Origin: Squalus acanthias
Lineage: Eukaryota
NCBI GenBank assembly: GCA_030390025.1
Contig: CM059432.1
Coordinates: 77,254,001 to 77,318,000, forward strand
Length of the DNA: 64,000 bases
Reading direction: 5' to 3'
Both the position numbers and the translations under genes were made by a program. This document shows positions 1 to 11,702 of this stretch, piece after piece (the stretch's first letter is position 1; every line of letters begins with the position of its first letter). The notes under the pieces were generated by a model that saw only the letters and a program-made list of their open reading frames with translations, made no database searches and had not been told where the DNA came from.

Positions 1-779
1 CCCCTTGTGCACCACCTCCCAGGGCAATAGGGACAGGAAAAAGGGGCCGAGACCCATAATGCATATGTCATGTATTTGTGAGATTGAGATAGGTGGGGAG
101 GGAGTATTTAGATCCTATGTAAATGATGCGGACGGGACATCACAATGCCTTCTGAACCCTAACTCCAGAGATACTGGTGGGCGGATGCCTGGGTTGAAGG
201 CCCCCAGTGGAAAGTGTCGTTCAGATTAGATGGTAAAGCGGCAGCCAGTAACCTCCACTTACCTCAGATAGGGCCACTTTTGGTCTTGTCAAGTGCACCA
301 GGGCCAAGCGTGCACTGTGATATGACTGTAGGAACACAGGTTCTTGCCCCAATTTGTACATCCAAGGCAGTAGTCCCACCTGACAGTTGCCCAAAACATG
401 CAATGGGCTGAAATCAAAAACAGCTGGAAGTCAATTGAAAAGAAAAAATCGGGAGAGATGTATAAAAGGTGATTGATCAGATATTGCCAATTTCACACAT
501 CAACTAAAGTCAAAATTACCCCCAGCTGATTTCCAACCTCTACAGACACAGAAGGTTTGGAGAAAGGTTGAATGCAATGTCTAAAAAAACAAAAATGAAT
601 GAATATTACTGTGAAATTGCCATGTGTACAGAGCTCCTGTCATCATATTATCCCAACGTCTGTGCGTGGTGACAAAAGTGAACTGAAAGGAGAAAAATAC
701 AGACAGCAGTGTTGTATCAAGCCACCTGGATCTGTATTGTATTCCCTCAGGCTATTAGAGTACAAAAGAGAGGGACAAT

Positions 780-1517
780 GGCCCGGACTTTGTGGACAGC
801 AGCAAAGCAAAGGAGTTCGCTGCTGGCCCCGGAGTATGCTTTGCACAAGGATCTCCTGATCTGTGTCGAGAACTTCGGGTTTCCGACTTTCAATTCAACG
901 GACGTTAATGGGGATTCCCTAGTGCGAACTGCTGTGATGTCAACAAGCTGTCTGAGCAGCCAATCAAAAGGTAGAATTCTCACAGACAGCGAACAAGGAA
1001 GTGAGTAAGCTCTTAAAATTTTAACTTTTTAAAAATGTTAGAGAGAGCAAAACAAACCTGGGGCACTCATGGGGAAAAGGCAAACCTGAAATAAAGAGGA
1101 CAAACATTTAAAAAATGTAAATATTTTTGAAAAGTTTCTTAATTTTAATTTTTATTAAAATGGAAACATTTCATACTGCACAAAATTAAAGTTAGTTTTC
1201 CAGGTCCTTAACATTTGTTTAGCAGTAATAACACTGTCAAAACCCCAGTTACACCTCATCCCTTTGGGTCTAATTTTTAATGGGGAATTTAACAGCGTAC
1301 TTACTGCGGAAGAGCCGAAGTTTTTGTCAGTTTCAATGATTTGGCTGATTACACAGATTGCCGGCTCTGTGCCTGTTTTGGAGCGTTCAATGACTGACCG
1401 CAACTTCTGGATTTCCGCGTGCGCATGCACCAAATCCCGAAGTTGTGGTCAGTTCCAAAGGCGGAATGACGGCAAACGCTGACAGTTCACAGTCATTCCG
1501 ACTGCAAATTCCGGGCA
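780..1517. mobile_element. Non-autonomous PIF/Harbinger-type MITE
   Basis: Left end GGCCCGGACTTTGTG (780) and right end CTGCAAATTCCGGGCA (to 1517; reverse complement TGCCCGGAATTTGCAG) form imperfect TIRs. AAT flanks both sides (3-bp TSD). AT-rich interior, no coding capacity. Confidence 0.7.
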
Positions 1518-2619
1518 AATATTCATTCAACCTTTGGGTCTAATGAGATCAGGTAAATGTTGCAACATGTTGGGGGTAGATATCCCCCCTCCCCTGGTGG
1601 AATTTAAGTGGCTGGCCAGGATAACGCACCTGCCGGCCGCCCCATAGTCCCAATGGGAGGCAAACCCATTTTAAGGGCGGGGCCTCATTAGCAATGGGCT
1701 GGCAGACTGCAGGCACAGATTGAGCACTCAACTCAGGGCCACTACACTATCAGGTGACCTGGCCGGCCGGCCTCCCAAGTTACAATTATGTAGATTCATG
1801 AGTGGGGTGGGGGGAGAAACGGGACGGAGACTTCGATCTCAGTAGAGGGGGAAGCTGGAGTGGCAGCTGGTTTTGTGGAGCCTGGGGAGCACACCTGCTC
1901 CTCCTGTCCCCCCATAAATAATGTAAAAATGACCCGTCGGCTCCTCTTCGGCCCAGCCTCCAGCTGATACTGTGCGGAGCATGCGTAGTGCACACTCTGC
2001 CCAGTTCAGTCCTAAAATAGCCTTAGGTTGCTACTGACGTCAGAAGATCCTGATTTAAATATTTAAATCTGCTGTGCACTCTCTTCGGGCAGTGTCACGG
2101 ACTGCCTATTCAGAGGACCCCAGCAAGCTGGAGATGCCCAGTGACAGCTAGAACGGTGTGGGAAGTTCTTCCACAGCATTTTCAGGCCGTGACCGCCCCA
2201 TTTCCACCAGGTGTAAAACTTCTAAATTCAGCCTAATGTTTGCAGAGTAACATGAATCAGTATGCATCACTTGGTTAAAATTCTTTGAAAGTGTTTTATT
2301 ACGGCTCAGATTTACTGATAAGATCATTTGCAAGAAATGTATAAACCACTGCAAGACCAGTTGTCTGAGCAATTCAATGCCAAACCACAATTTGACATAA
2401 TACTGTACTGAATTGGTCTGTTTCTTCCAATTTTCACCCTCGCTCTCCTGAAGCTGCTAATACTAGGCCACTGGCAACCCTTTAGTATGTCATCCCTAAT
2501 GACTATTTCTTCATGTAAAAACCTAGACAGTGGGTGTTAGCAGGCTATTCAACTATAATCAACCAAGGTCTGTCCTGTATGGAAAGGTATGCATCTACTA
2601 GTTGACAGTAATACTAGAA

Positions 2620-4035
2620 GATGAAAGCCCCCCTCATGATCGCATTGACACGAGACCTGGGCCTCTAACTCCCAGGCTTCATTTCCATTTGACTGACGGG
2701 CTGCCCTCCCAATCACGTCGCGAATCAGGCAGCCCGCCCACCCACCTGAAATCGGGCTATTTTCTGAGTGACTCCCACGGCTTGTTCAAAGTAGGGATGC
2801 CTCTCTTAAAGCAAGTTTGCATGCTTGCTTGTCCAACACTGGAGGACTGATTTTCTACTGAGATGAGAAGGTCTGCCTCCTGCTTTTCAGATGCTCCCTG
2901 GAGGTCGTAATAGAAGATGGGAGAGCCTTTCTCCCACAAGCGCAGGAGCATCCCCAAAGCCACATTTGTGCAGGCGTGAACAGAGGAGGATGACACGATC
3001 AGAGCCACCAGCATCACCCCGCCAGACATGGCTTCAGTCGAGAAAGAGGTTCCATGACCTCACAAGGAGCGTGTATATCTCTTCACTTCAGCTATCTCAT
3101 CACACCTGAAAATACTCCTTTCACCCTCACCCCTCAACAATTCCCTCCCCTGCATCACATCCTTCAACATACAATCACAAGGGCACACAGCAACACCTCC
3201 TCTCTTTCTCATTCCAAACACACTCACCTCGGTTTCCTCTCTGCACACATTCTACAACTTGCACAACCACCAATTTCTCCCTCATCACATTACACACATT
3301 TCCTTTTATATTCATCACCTCCCCAACCTCATTCCATCTTGCTTCTTCTACACTTCTCAGCACATCCACTATATGTACAAACCCCACACATCTCCACTTA
3401 ACTTTGAACAGCCACTTGCTAACTTTCATCCTCTCTTTCTGCAGGACAAGACAGTGCATGTTGCAAGGGAGAAGACCAAAACAGGTGGAGGAGTAGCAAA
3501 CATCATCACTCACCCAGGCAGAGCAGGAAGCCCTTGAGATCAGTGGGCCAGGCAGAGTGATAAACAATCAGGGAAGGTGAGGCTGACAACTTATCCAAGC
3601 AGGGTTTCTGAATATTACTTGTAACCCTTCATTCCCCTCAGCAAATTTCACACCCTCAAGCTGGATTCTCAAGATTGTCATCTCCTCATGTCTAGTTTCT
3701 CTGTGCCATCTTGGCTCTCGTCCCTTTTCTCTTTCTTCCAGCTCATTCAGCAGCAAAAGCCTTCTCCAGCAGAAACCGCAGGAGCTCAATCCTCCAAGAG
3801 GAGGCACCGCCATGCGTTCCATCCCTCCCAATCACCAGCTCAGACACTGGCACCATGCATTGGGTTAGATGGGTCTGCATGTGGTGAAACACAAAGCACG
3901 AGTAAGCAGCAACAGGTACTGGTGGCAAGGACAGCCCAGGAGTGAACTCGCTGAGGGATCAGGTGCTGTCCCAGCTCTGCTGAGCAAGAGAGATGAGGAT
4001 TTCAGGGGCCCAGCCATGAAAAGAAAACTGATGGC
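2620..4035 (+). mobile_element. Decayed Harbinger accessory (Myb/SANT-like DNA-binding) gene remnant
   Basis: Frameshifted peptides 'RRSASCFSDA...' and 'QTWLQSRKRFHDLTRS' (Myb/SANT-like RTWxQCRKKFNDL pattern). A pyrimidine-rich intron (~3080-3443) ends TTTCTGCAG and is followed by 'DKTVHVAREKTKTGGG'. This layout is typical of vertebrate Harbinger ORF2. Outer boundaries approximate. Confidence 0.6.
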
Positions 4036-4130
4036 CTCACCGGAGTGAGTGGGTGTAAAGAGGAAGCTCTCCTTTGGTGACTCTATTGTTACTGCTGGTT
4101 ATTTATTATTCACTGGCTGCTGCTCCTTAC

Positions 4131-4248
4131 CGAATGACTTGAGGAAATCCACTATCTTTTTGATGCTGTTGGTGATAACCTCAATGTACTCCCTGTTGGC
4201 CCAGTCCTGGTGTATCTCTCTCTGCACTTGATCACTCTGCCCCACTAT
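4131..4248 (-). pseudogene. BRK1: BRK1 (BRICK1/HSPC300, WAVE complex subunit) coding exon 1 copy with start codon ATG>ATA
   Basis: Minus strand reads ATA GTG GGG CAG AGT GAT CAA GTG CAG AGA GAG ATA CAC CAG GAC TGG GCC AAC AGG GAG TAC ATT GAG GTT ATC ACC AAC AGC ATC AAA AAG ATA GTG GAT TTC CTC AAG TCA TTC G|GTAAGG. This translates to (I)[38 protein letters not shown], versus vertebrate BRK1 [39 protein letters not shown]. It is 118 nt with a phase-1 donor at 4130. An in-frame TAG lies upstream with no intervening ATG. Homology is secure; pseudogene status is inferred. Confidence 0.85.
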
Positions 4249-4934
4249 GTCTGAAGTACAAACACATCCCCCGACCCGACCTGTAATCGCTGCGCTGACT
4301 GGCTAGAGCCAGCATAATTTGGCATCATCTGCAGGATGAGATTTTGGGCATTGCATACCACCTACATATTTCTGTAGTGATTTTCCTTCTCACTCATATG
4401 GCAAGCTACGCATAGCTTCACTTGTGCAGTCCATGATTCTTAAAAGTTGTGAAAAGCCAGGAATCCCAGAGAAGTATTCCTGGGTGGCTAGTTGTTGCTC
4501 TTCAATTGTTTGGGAATGGGTGAATCAAGATGAAGGAACAAGAATATTTATGGCCACATGGATACAAATAGACATTGAGGACTGGGCATGCTAATTTAAT
4601 GCCTTAAAAAGGTGCCTGGAAGGAACCTATAGCAAAGAAATATTTGACTGTCATACTGACACAGCTATAATGCAGTTGCTATTCCTTGCAGTCACTGACA
4701 TGTGGCTAACATCATTGAGGACAGCTCTAAGACAGAGATGACAGCAACAGCACTGCTCTGTCAAGACTAAATACTTGCTTCCTTGTGTATAAATGCTCTG
4801 GAAAGAATAATCTTCTCTATTTCAACCTCTTACTTCAAAACATCAATAACCAACGCAAACACTGTTAAAACACCACTGAACTCACAAAGGCAATGAGAAG
4901 ACTGAACTGCAATTTCTAATCTGCCGCAATTATT

Positions 4935-5112
4935 TTTAATTCATTCTCAGGATGTGGCGTCACTGGCAAGGCCAGCATTTATTGCCCATCCCTAACTGCC
5001 CTTGAGAAGGTGGCAGTGGACCTTCTTCTTGAAACGCTGCAGTCCATGTGGTGAAGGTACTCCCACAGCGCTGTTAGGTAGGGAGTCCCAGGATTTTGAC
5101 CCAGCAACCTTG
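4935..5112 (-). mobile_element. 3' fragment of a CR1/L2-group LINE (same family as 9015-9838)
   Basis: Reverse complement matches the 3' end of the 9015-9838 element (CCTTCTCAAGGGCA.TTAGGGATGG.CAATAAATGC). Confidence 0.7.
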
Positions 5113-5329
5113 AAGTACAAGATAATTTCTGGTTTACTTCAGTCAAAATTTACCTTTTAATAATTGACCTTATTCTTATTTCAGTTAAATGAGAGATATT
5201 TGGGTTTAACAGTGGATGGAAAATATACAGTGATAATTACTATTGGTACAGTATTCTGGTACCAACAATGGTAACACACCAGAACACAAGGCAAATCTAC
5301 AATAACATTACCATGAAATTTTATTTTAA

Positions 5330-5721
5330 AATGGTGTGTGGTGTCATTCCCTCCATTCCATGAAAAAATTCCATAAATTTTAAATAAAAATTAATTTTTA
5401 TTTTTTTTTAAGTTTGTTTATGATATTTCAGCTTCTACCTTATCTCGTGTGTATGTCCGAATCTTTATTGCACTCTCTGTAAAATGATTTAAAAGGGAAT
5501 GATAATCGGTGCTTTTTACTTCCTGGTTTCCTGTGTGAGAATTATTCAATCTGATTGGCTGATCTGCCTAATTGAAACTTCACTGTTCCTGGCCGCCAGT
5601 GATCCCCTATAGATGGCGCCAGATTGAAATAGACGAAGGAATAGGGGAAATCAACACCACAGCTTTCTGTGAGGTCAGCAGTGAGCAGCGTCCCTTCGCT
5701 GCTGACCGCAAAATCCAGGCC
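5330..5721 (-). mobile_element. Partial MITE related to the 780-1517 family
   Basis: End GCTGACCGCAAAATCCAGGCC is the reverse complement of a TIR similar to 780-800. Internal CAGCCAATCA...AATTCTCACA...AGGAAGT on the minus strand matches 957-1003. Left boundary approximate. Confidence 0.55.
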
Positions 5722-5866
5722 AATATTTTAAAATAAAATTCGATAATACAACATGTTTTATCCTCTCTAGCATTTATTTTATATCGCTGTTCTTAAAAGT
5801 GCTTGGAGAGACTTAACGAAGCTTTTCTGGATAAACCAGTTAGGACAAGTAACCTCAAGTCAGACC

Positions 5867-7022
5867 TTTTTTGAGGAGGTAACAAGGAGGGTCGATGAGG
5901 GTAGTGCGTTTGATGTAGTGTATATGGCCTTTAGCAAGGCTTTTGATAAGGTCCCACATGGCAGACTGGTCACGAAAGTAAAAGCCCATGGAATCCATGG
6001 CAAAGTGGCAAGTTGGATCCAAAATTGGCTCAGAGGGAGGAAACAAAGGGTAATGGTTGAAGGGTGTTTTTGTGACTGGAAGGCTGTTTCCAGTGGGATT
6101 CCGCAGGGATCAGTACTGGGTCCTTTGCTTTTTGTGGTATATATCAATGATTTGGACTTGAATGTAGGAAGTATGATTAACAAGTTTGCAAATGATACAA
6201 AAATTGGCCATGTGGTTGATAATGAAGAAGAAAGCTGCAGAAAGATATCAATGGACTGGTCAGGTGGGCAGAACAGTGGCAAATGGAATTCAATCTGGAG
6301 ACGTGTGAGGTAATGCATTTGGGGAGGGCTAAGAAGGCAAGGGAATACACTATAAATGGTAGGACAATGAGAAGTGCAGAAGATCAGAGGGACCTTGGAG
6401 TGCATGTCCACAGATCCCTGAAGGTAGCAGGACAGATAGATAAGGTGGTTAAGAAGGCATACGGGATACTTGCCTTTATTAGCCGAGGCATAGAATATAA
6501 GAGCAAGGAGGTTATGCTTGAACTGTATAAAACACTAGTTAGGTCGCAGCTAGAATACTGCGTGCAGTTCTGGTCACCACATTACAGGAAAGATGCGATT
6601 GCACTAGAGTGGGTGCAGAGGAGATTTACGAGGATGTTGCCTGGACTGGAGAATTTTAGCTATGAGGAGAGATTGGCTAGGCTGGAGTTGTTTTCTTTGG
6701 AATGGAGGAAGCTGAGGGGAGACCTAGTTGAGGTGTATAAAATTATGAGGGGCCTAGATAGAGTGGTTAGCAAGGACCTATTTCCCTTAGCAGAAGGGTC
6801 AATAAACAGGGTGGTGGGGGTCTGGAACTCGCTGCCTGAAAGGGTGGTAGAGGCAGAAACCCTCATCACATTTAAAAAGTACTTGGATATGCACTTGAAG
6901 TGCCATAACCTACAAGGCTACGGACCAAGTGCTGGAAAGTAGGATTAGGGTGGATAGCTCTTTGTCGGCCGGCACGGACAAGATGGGCCATATGGCCTCC
7001 TTCTGTGCTGTAAATTTCTATG
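5867..7022 (+). mobile_element. 5'-truncated, decayed CR1-clade LINE (RT C-terminal half + 3' UTR)
   Basis: ORFs contain FSKAFDKVPH, GIPQGSVLGP, FANDTK (FADD mutated), RSQLEYCVQFWSP. There is a frameshift near 6240 and an internal deletion near 6810. The 3' end is GGCCTCCTTCTGTGCTGTAAATTTCTATG. Confidence 0.9.
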
Positions 7023-7429
7023 AACTGGCTCATTGGCCCCAGAAAATATTTTTTGCCCTAATTTATACAAAGTGCAATATGCAACTAGGATACACAACGA
7101 GGCGGAGTAGTTCACTAAAAAAAATAAGCTGCCAGTGAATCAGGCCTCCATAACTTATTTGCATCTTTTCCCTTCTTTTTGTCCCAGTAAAACAAGTCTG
7201 GACAAATCCTCTATATCGTGAACAGGTGTCCTTTCCAAAATTCCAAAACTATCCAATTCATTTCAAAACATAAATATAACTTTTTTTTTAAAAAGCAACT
7301 GAATTCAGACCCAAGTATCTAAACCAAGCTGAAACTGTCTCAGCCCAGCACCCTCCATAGAGAAACAGGAAGGAGGTGTCAGTTCAATATCAAATTGCAA
7401 TTCAGTACTAAGTACCATTTCCTGCTCTC

Positions 7430-8762
7430 GCCCTGAACTAGAAAATTTCATTCACTTTGCTTCCAATTTCCCCCCTTCACATGGTCCATCTCCGACTCTT
7501 CCCTTCCTCGACTTCTCTGTCTCCATTTCTGGGGATAGGCTATTGACGAACATTCACTATAGCCCACTGACTCCCACAGCTACCTGGACTACACTTCCTC
7601 CCACCCCGCTTCCTGTATGGACTCTATTCCATTCACCCAGTTCCTCCGTCTCATCTGCTTGGACGATGCCACCTTCCACACTAGTGCTTCAGATATGTCT
7701 TCCGTTTTCTTCAACCGAGGATTCCCCTCTACCATGGTTGACACGGCCCTTGACCGTGTCCATTCTATTTCCCGCACTTCTGATTTCACTCCTTGCCCTC
7801 CCTCCCAGAACCACGATAGGGTTCCCCTTGTCCTCACCTTTCACCCCATCAGCCTCCACATTCAGCATATCATCCTCCGCCATTGCCGCCACCTCCAGTG
7901 TGACCCCAACACCAAACACATCTTCCCCTCCCCTTTCAGCATTCCAAAGGGACCGCTCCCTCCGCTACACCCTGGTCCACTCCTCAATCATACCAAACAC
8001 CCCTTCCCACGGCACCTTCCTGTGCAAGCGCAGGAGATGCAACACCTGCCCCTTTAACTCCTCCCTTTTCACTGTCCAGGGCCCCAAACACTCGTTCCAG
8101 GTGAAAACAGTGATTTACTTGTACTTCTTGCAATTTCGTATACTGTATTCGCTGCTCACGATGCGGTCTGCTCTACTTTGTAGAGACCAAATGCAGATTG
8201 GGTGACCGCTTTGCGGAACACTTCCGTTCAGTCCGTAAGCGTGACCTCGAGCTTCCGGTCACCTGTCACTTTAATTCTCCGCTCCACTCTGACCACTCCG
8301 TCCTTGGCCTCTTACACTGTTCCAACGAAGCTCGAGGAACAGCACCTCATCTTTCGATTAGGCACTTTACAGCCTTCTGGACTCAACATCAACTTCAACA
8401 ATTTCAGACCATAACCTCTGCCCCATTTTTTTTCCCACATGGCAGCTGTTGATGATTCTGCCATTCCCATTTACACCTCCTCTAGACACATCTTTTGTTT
8501 CTTAACTTGTCCCATTACCATCTCCTTTTGCCTTGCACCATCATCCCTTTTGTCTTTTAATCCTCCATCCTATCACAGACCTTCCCTTTTGTTCTTTCCT
8601 AACCCTTTCCCTGTCCCTACACTTGCTTAAAAATTTGTTACTTCTCTAACTTTTTCCACTTCTGATGAAGGATCATCAACCTGAAACATAAACTCTGTTT
8701 CTCTCTCTACATATGCTGCCTGACCTGCTGAGTATTTCCAGCATTTTCTGTTTTTATTTCAG
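7430..8762 (+). mobile_element. Decayed Penelope-like element (RT thumb + GIY-YIG endonuclease + terminal repeat)
   Basis: Broken frames give 'SIPFTQFLRL', 'DRVPLVLTFHP', 'GTFLCKRRRCNTCPF', 'YCIRCSRCGLL...ETK', 'GDRFAEH' and 'EQHLIFRLGTLQPSGLN'. The terminus contains CTGATGA...GAAAC. Confidence 0.85.
8657..8694 (+). ncRNA. Degenerate minimal type I hammerhead ribozyme core in the Penelope terminal repeat
   Basis: CACTT-CTGATGA(8662-8668)-AGG atcatcaa CCT-GAAA(8683-8686)-CATA-AACT. Catalytic boxes and a 3-bp stem II are present; stems I and III carry mismatches. Confidence 0.55.
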
Positions 8763-9014
8763 TATAAAGGCAGTGCTGTCAGGCTGGAATGGATTCTGTA
8801 GCTACTGGTCTGAGGTAGTACAAACTCCTGTACCATAGTATGTGAACTTAAGGGAGCTGATGAGATAGGTGATGTAATGGGTTACTCAGAAAAAACTCAC
8901 TGTCAATGGGCACGGAGAGCTCATCAACACCCCCCCTCCCCCCTTCAAATTCCAGAGTGGATCAATGCCTGCTAGAACTGACCCTCACTCACAACATGGC
9001 ACTGTGTGATTAGA

Positions 9015-9838
9015 ACCGTTCAAAATAGGCTGATAAGTGGCAGGTAACATTTGTGTCACACAAGTGCCAGGCAATGACTATCTCCAACAAGCGAGCGTCT
9101 AACCACCGCCCCTTGACATTCAACAACATTACCATCGCTGAATCCCCCACCATCAATATCCTGGGGGTCACCATTGACCAGAACCTTAACTGGACCAGCC
9201 ACATAAATACTGTGGCAACAAGAGCAGGTCAGAGGCTAGGTATTCTGCAGCGAGTGTCTCACCTCCTGACTCCCCAAAGCCTTTCCACCATCTACAAGTC
9301 ACAGGTCAGGTGTGTGATGGAATACTCACCACTTGCCTGTATGAGTGCAGCTCCAACAACACTCAAGAAGTTCAACACCATCCAGGACAAAGCAGCCCAC
9401 TTGATTGGCACCCCATCCACCACCTTAAACATTCACTCCCTCCACCACCAGTGCACCGTGGCTGCAGTGTGTATCATCTACAAGATGCACTGCAGCAACT
9501 CACCAAGGCTTCTTTGGTGGCAGCACCTCCCAAACCCGTGACCTCTTCCACCTAGAAGAACAAGGGCAGCAGGCGCATGGGAACACCACCACCTCCAAAT
9601 TCCCCTCCAAGTTACTTACCATCCTGACTTGAATTATATCGCCGATCCTTCATCATCGCTGGGTGAAAATCCTGGAACTCCCTCCCTATCCGCACTGTGG
9701 GAGTACCTTCACCTCACGGACTGCAGCGGTTTAAGACGGTGGCTCACCACCACCTTCTCAAGGGCAATTAGGGATGGACAATAAATGCCTATCCCTAATT
9801 GTCAGCGACACCCACATCCCAGGAACATATAAAAAAAA
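9015..9838 (+). mobile_element. 5'-truncated CR1/L2-group LINE fragment
   Basis: Peptide 'ADKWQVTFVSHKCQAMTIS...NILGVTIDQNLNWTSHI...QRLGIL...YKSQVRCVMEYS' is a typical post-RT region of CR1/L2-group LINEs. The fragment ends in an A-rich tail near 9830. Confidence 0.8.
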
Positions 9839-10111
9839 GGAAGAAGCCTTTTCAACTTTTCCGAAATTATCATTTGGTCTACGCAACTCGACTCTAGGTT
9901 TAAACACTAAATTGAAAGTACATTCAACTTGCACACAGCAGCCTTTGAGAATGCAGTTCAGGGTGAAGTTAGGTCACGGGTCGTTGTTTGTCTGGAATAC
10001 TTCACCTTACACCGCAAAGTGGTTTAGTGTTTCACTCTGAGCTGGTATCAAAGCCGTCTCTGTTTCCTCTCAATTTTTTGCCAAAACTTATCTGTTGCAG
10101 ACAGCTGAATA

Positions 10112-10144
10112 GCGCGCGCGCGTGTGAGAGAGAGAGAGAGAGAG
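10112..10144. repeat. (GC)5(GT)2 alternating purine-pyrimidine tract followed by (GA)n microsatellite
   Basis: GCGCGCGCGCGTGTG (10112-10126), then GAGAGA... to 10144. Confidence 0.9.
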
Positions 10145-10180
10145 TTCCCGCACAGACAGTGGGAGAAGAGCTTCTCTTAC

Positions 10181-10257
10181 CTGCGCCTCCTTCCCACCAG
10201 ACTCTTTACGAGTAGAAGGACTCCAGCTGCAAGGACGAGACCGACGACCAGCAACAT
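10181..10257 (-). CDS. Probable first coding exon of a host gene, encoding an N-terminal signal-anchor (microsomal P450 CYP7/CYP8-like exon architecture)
   Basis: gcaATG at 10257 (G at -3, in-frame TAA upstream) encodes MLLVVGLVLAAGVLLLVKSLVGRRR+AG, followed by a strong donor CAG|GTAAGA at 10180. The exon is 77 nt, phase 2, in a CpG-rich patch with a TATA box about 70 nt upstream. The exon call is well supported; the family is only inferred and no downstream exon was recognised in the window. Confidence 0.6.
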
Positions 10258-10328
10258 TGCTATCGCTGAGTTCCGAGCGTGATGGCAAGAGCTGTCCGCT
10301 TACCTCCGAGTCCTTCTTCCTCTTCAAC

Positions 10329-10370
10329 TTTATAAAGAGGCGCTGACTTTCTAAACTTCGCGCATGCTCC
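10329..10370 (-). promoter_or_regulatory. TATA box and NRF1-like motif of the minus-strand promoter
   Basis: Minus-strand TATAAA at 10334-10329 predicts a TSS near 10300. GCGCATGC at ~10360-10367 resembles the NRF1 motif. CpG density is locally high across ~9940-10430 relative to the CpG-poor surroundings. Confidence 0.5.
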
Positions 10371-10565
10371 TTGCCAAAGCGAAGCGAAGCCAAGACTGTC
10401 CCGGAGGGGGGCTGGTACAAACGCAGGAGCCCTGGGACTGACAGAAACTAGGATGACTCATTTTGAGACTGGTGCCAACAAAACTGTTATTCCCGAGTTT
10501 GGTATGAAGGAGTCCAGAATTTTGAGACTCAGGGATATCCTGAGATTGAGACAGAGGACTGGGAT

Positions 10566-11662
10566 ATAAGAACTTACGAATTAGGAGCAGGAGTAGGCCA
10601 TGCAGTCCCTCGAGCCTGCTCTGCCATTCAGTAAGATCATGGCTGAACTTCAACTCCACTTTCCTGCCCGATTCCCCATATCACTTGATTCCCTTAATGC
10701 CCAAAAATCTATCGATCTCAGTCTTGAATATACTCAATGACTGAGCATCCACAGCCCTCTGGGGTAGAGAATTCCAAAGATTTACAACCCTCTTGAGTGA
10801 AGAAATTTCTCCTCATCTCAGTCCTAAATGGCCGACCCCTTAACCTTAGACGATGAGTTTGAGACTTTCCAACCAGGGGGGAAACAGCCTATCAGCATCT
10901 ACCCTATCAAGCCCTCTAAGAATTTTATACGTTTCAATGAGATCACCTCTCCTAAACTCCAGAGAGTATAAGCCCATTCTACTCAATCTCTCCTCATAGG
11001 ACATCCCTCTCATCCCAGGAATCAATCTAGTGAACCTTCGTTGCACCGCCTCCAAGGCAAGTATATCCTTCCTTAGGTAAGGAGACCAAAACTACACAGT
11101 ACTCCAGGTGTGGTCTCGCGAATGCTCTATGTAATTGCATCAGGACTTCCTTACTCTTATACTCCAACTCCCTTGCGATAAAGGCTAACATACCATTTGC
11201 CTTCCTAATTGCATATACCTGAATGTTAACTTTTAGTGATTCATGTTCAAGGACCCCCAAACCCCTCTGCCTACCAACATTTACTAGTCTCTCACCTTTT
11301 TAAAAAGAAATTCTGCTTCTCCATTCTTCCTACAGAAATGGATAATTTCACAATTTCTCCATCTGACACCTTCTTTCCCAATCACTTAACCAATTTATAT
11401 CCCTTTGCAGTCAACAGTCCTCCTCACAGCTTACTTTCCCTCCAAGCTTTGTATCATAAGCAAACTTGGACACATTACACTCGTTCCCTCATCTAAGTCA
11501 TTGATATAGATTGTAAATAGCTGAGGCCCAAGCACTGATCCTTGACGCACTCCACAAGTTACATCCTGCCATCCTGAAAATGACCCGTTTAATACCACTC
11601 TCTGTTTTCTGTCCATTAACCAATCCTCTGTGCATGCTAATATATTGCCCCCAACTCCATGA
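10566..11662 (-). mobile_element. 5'-truncated, decayed CR1-clade LINE
   Basis: Broken ORFs contain [28 protein letters not shown] and YSLEFRRGDLIETYKIL. A single 3' stem-loop GGAGCAGG...CCTGCTC and a TTCTTAT-type tail lie at ~10566-10625. Confidence 0.9.
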
Positions 11663-11702
11663 GTCCTATACTAAGTGTACTACATCCATGTAAGTGTCAA
11701 CC

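Noticed and set aside
10088..10420. 110-aa ORF from the track (MYQPPSG...)
   Set aside because: Non-ATG start, begins upstream of the TATA box and reads through the splice donor. The overlapping ATG-10257 frame explains the region better.
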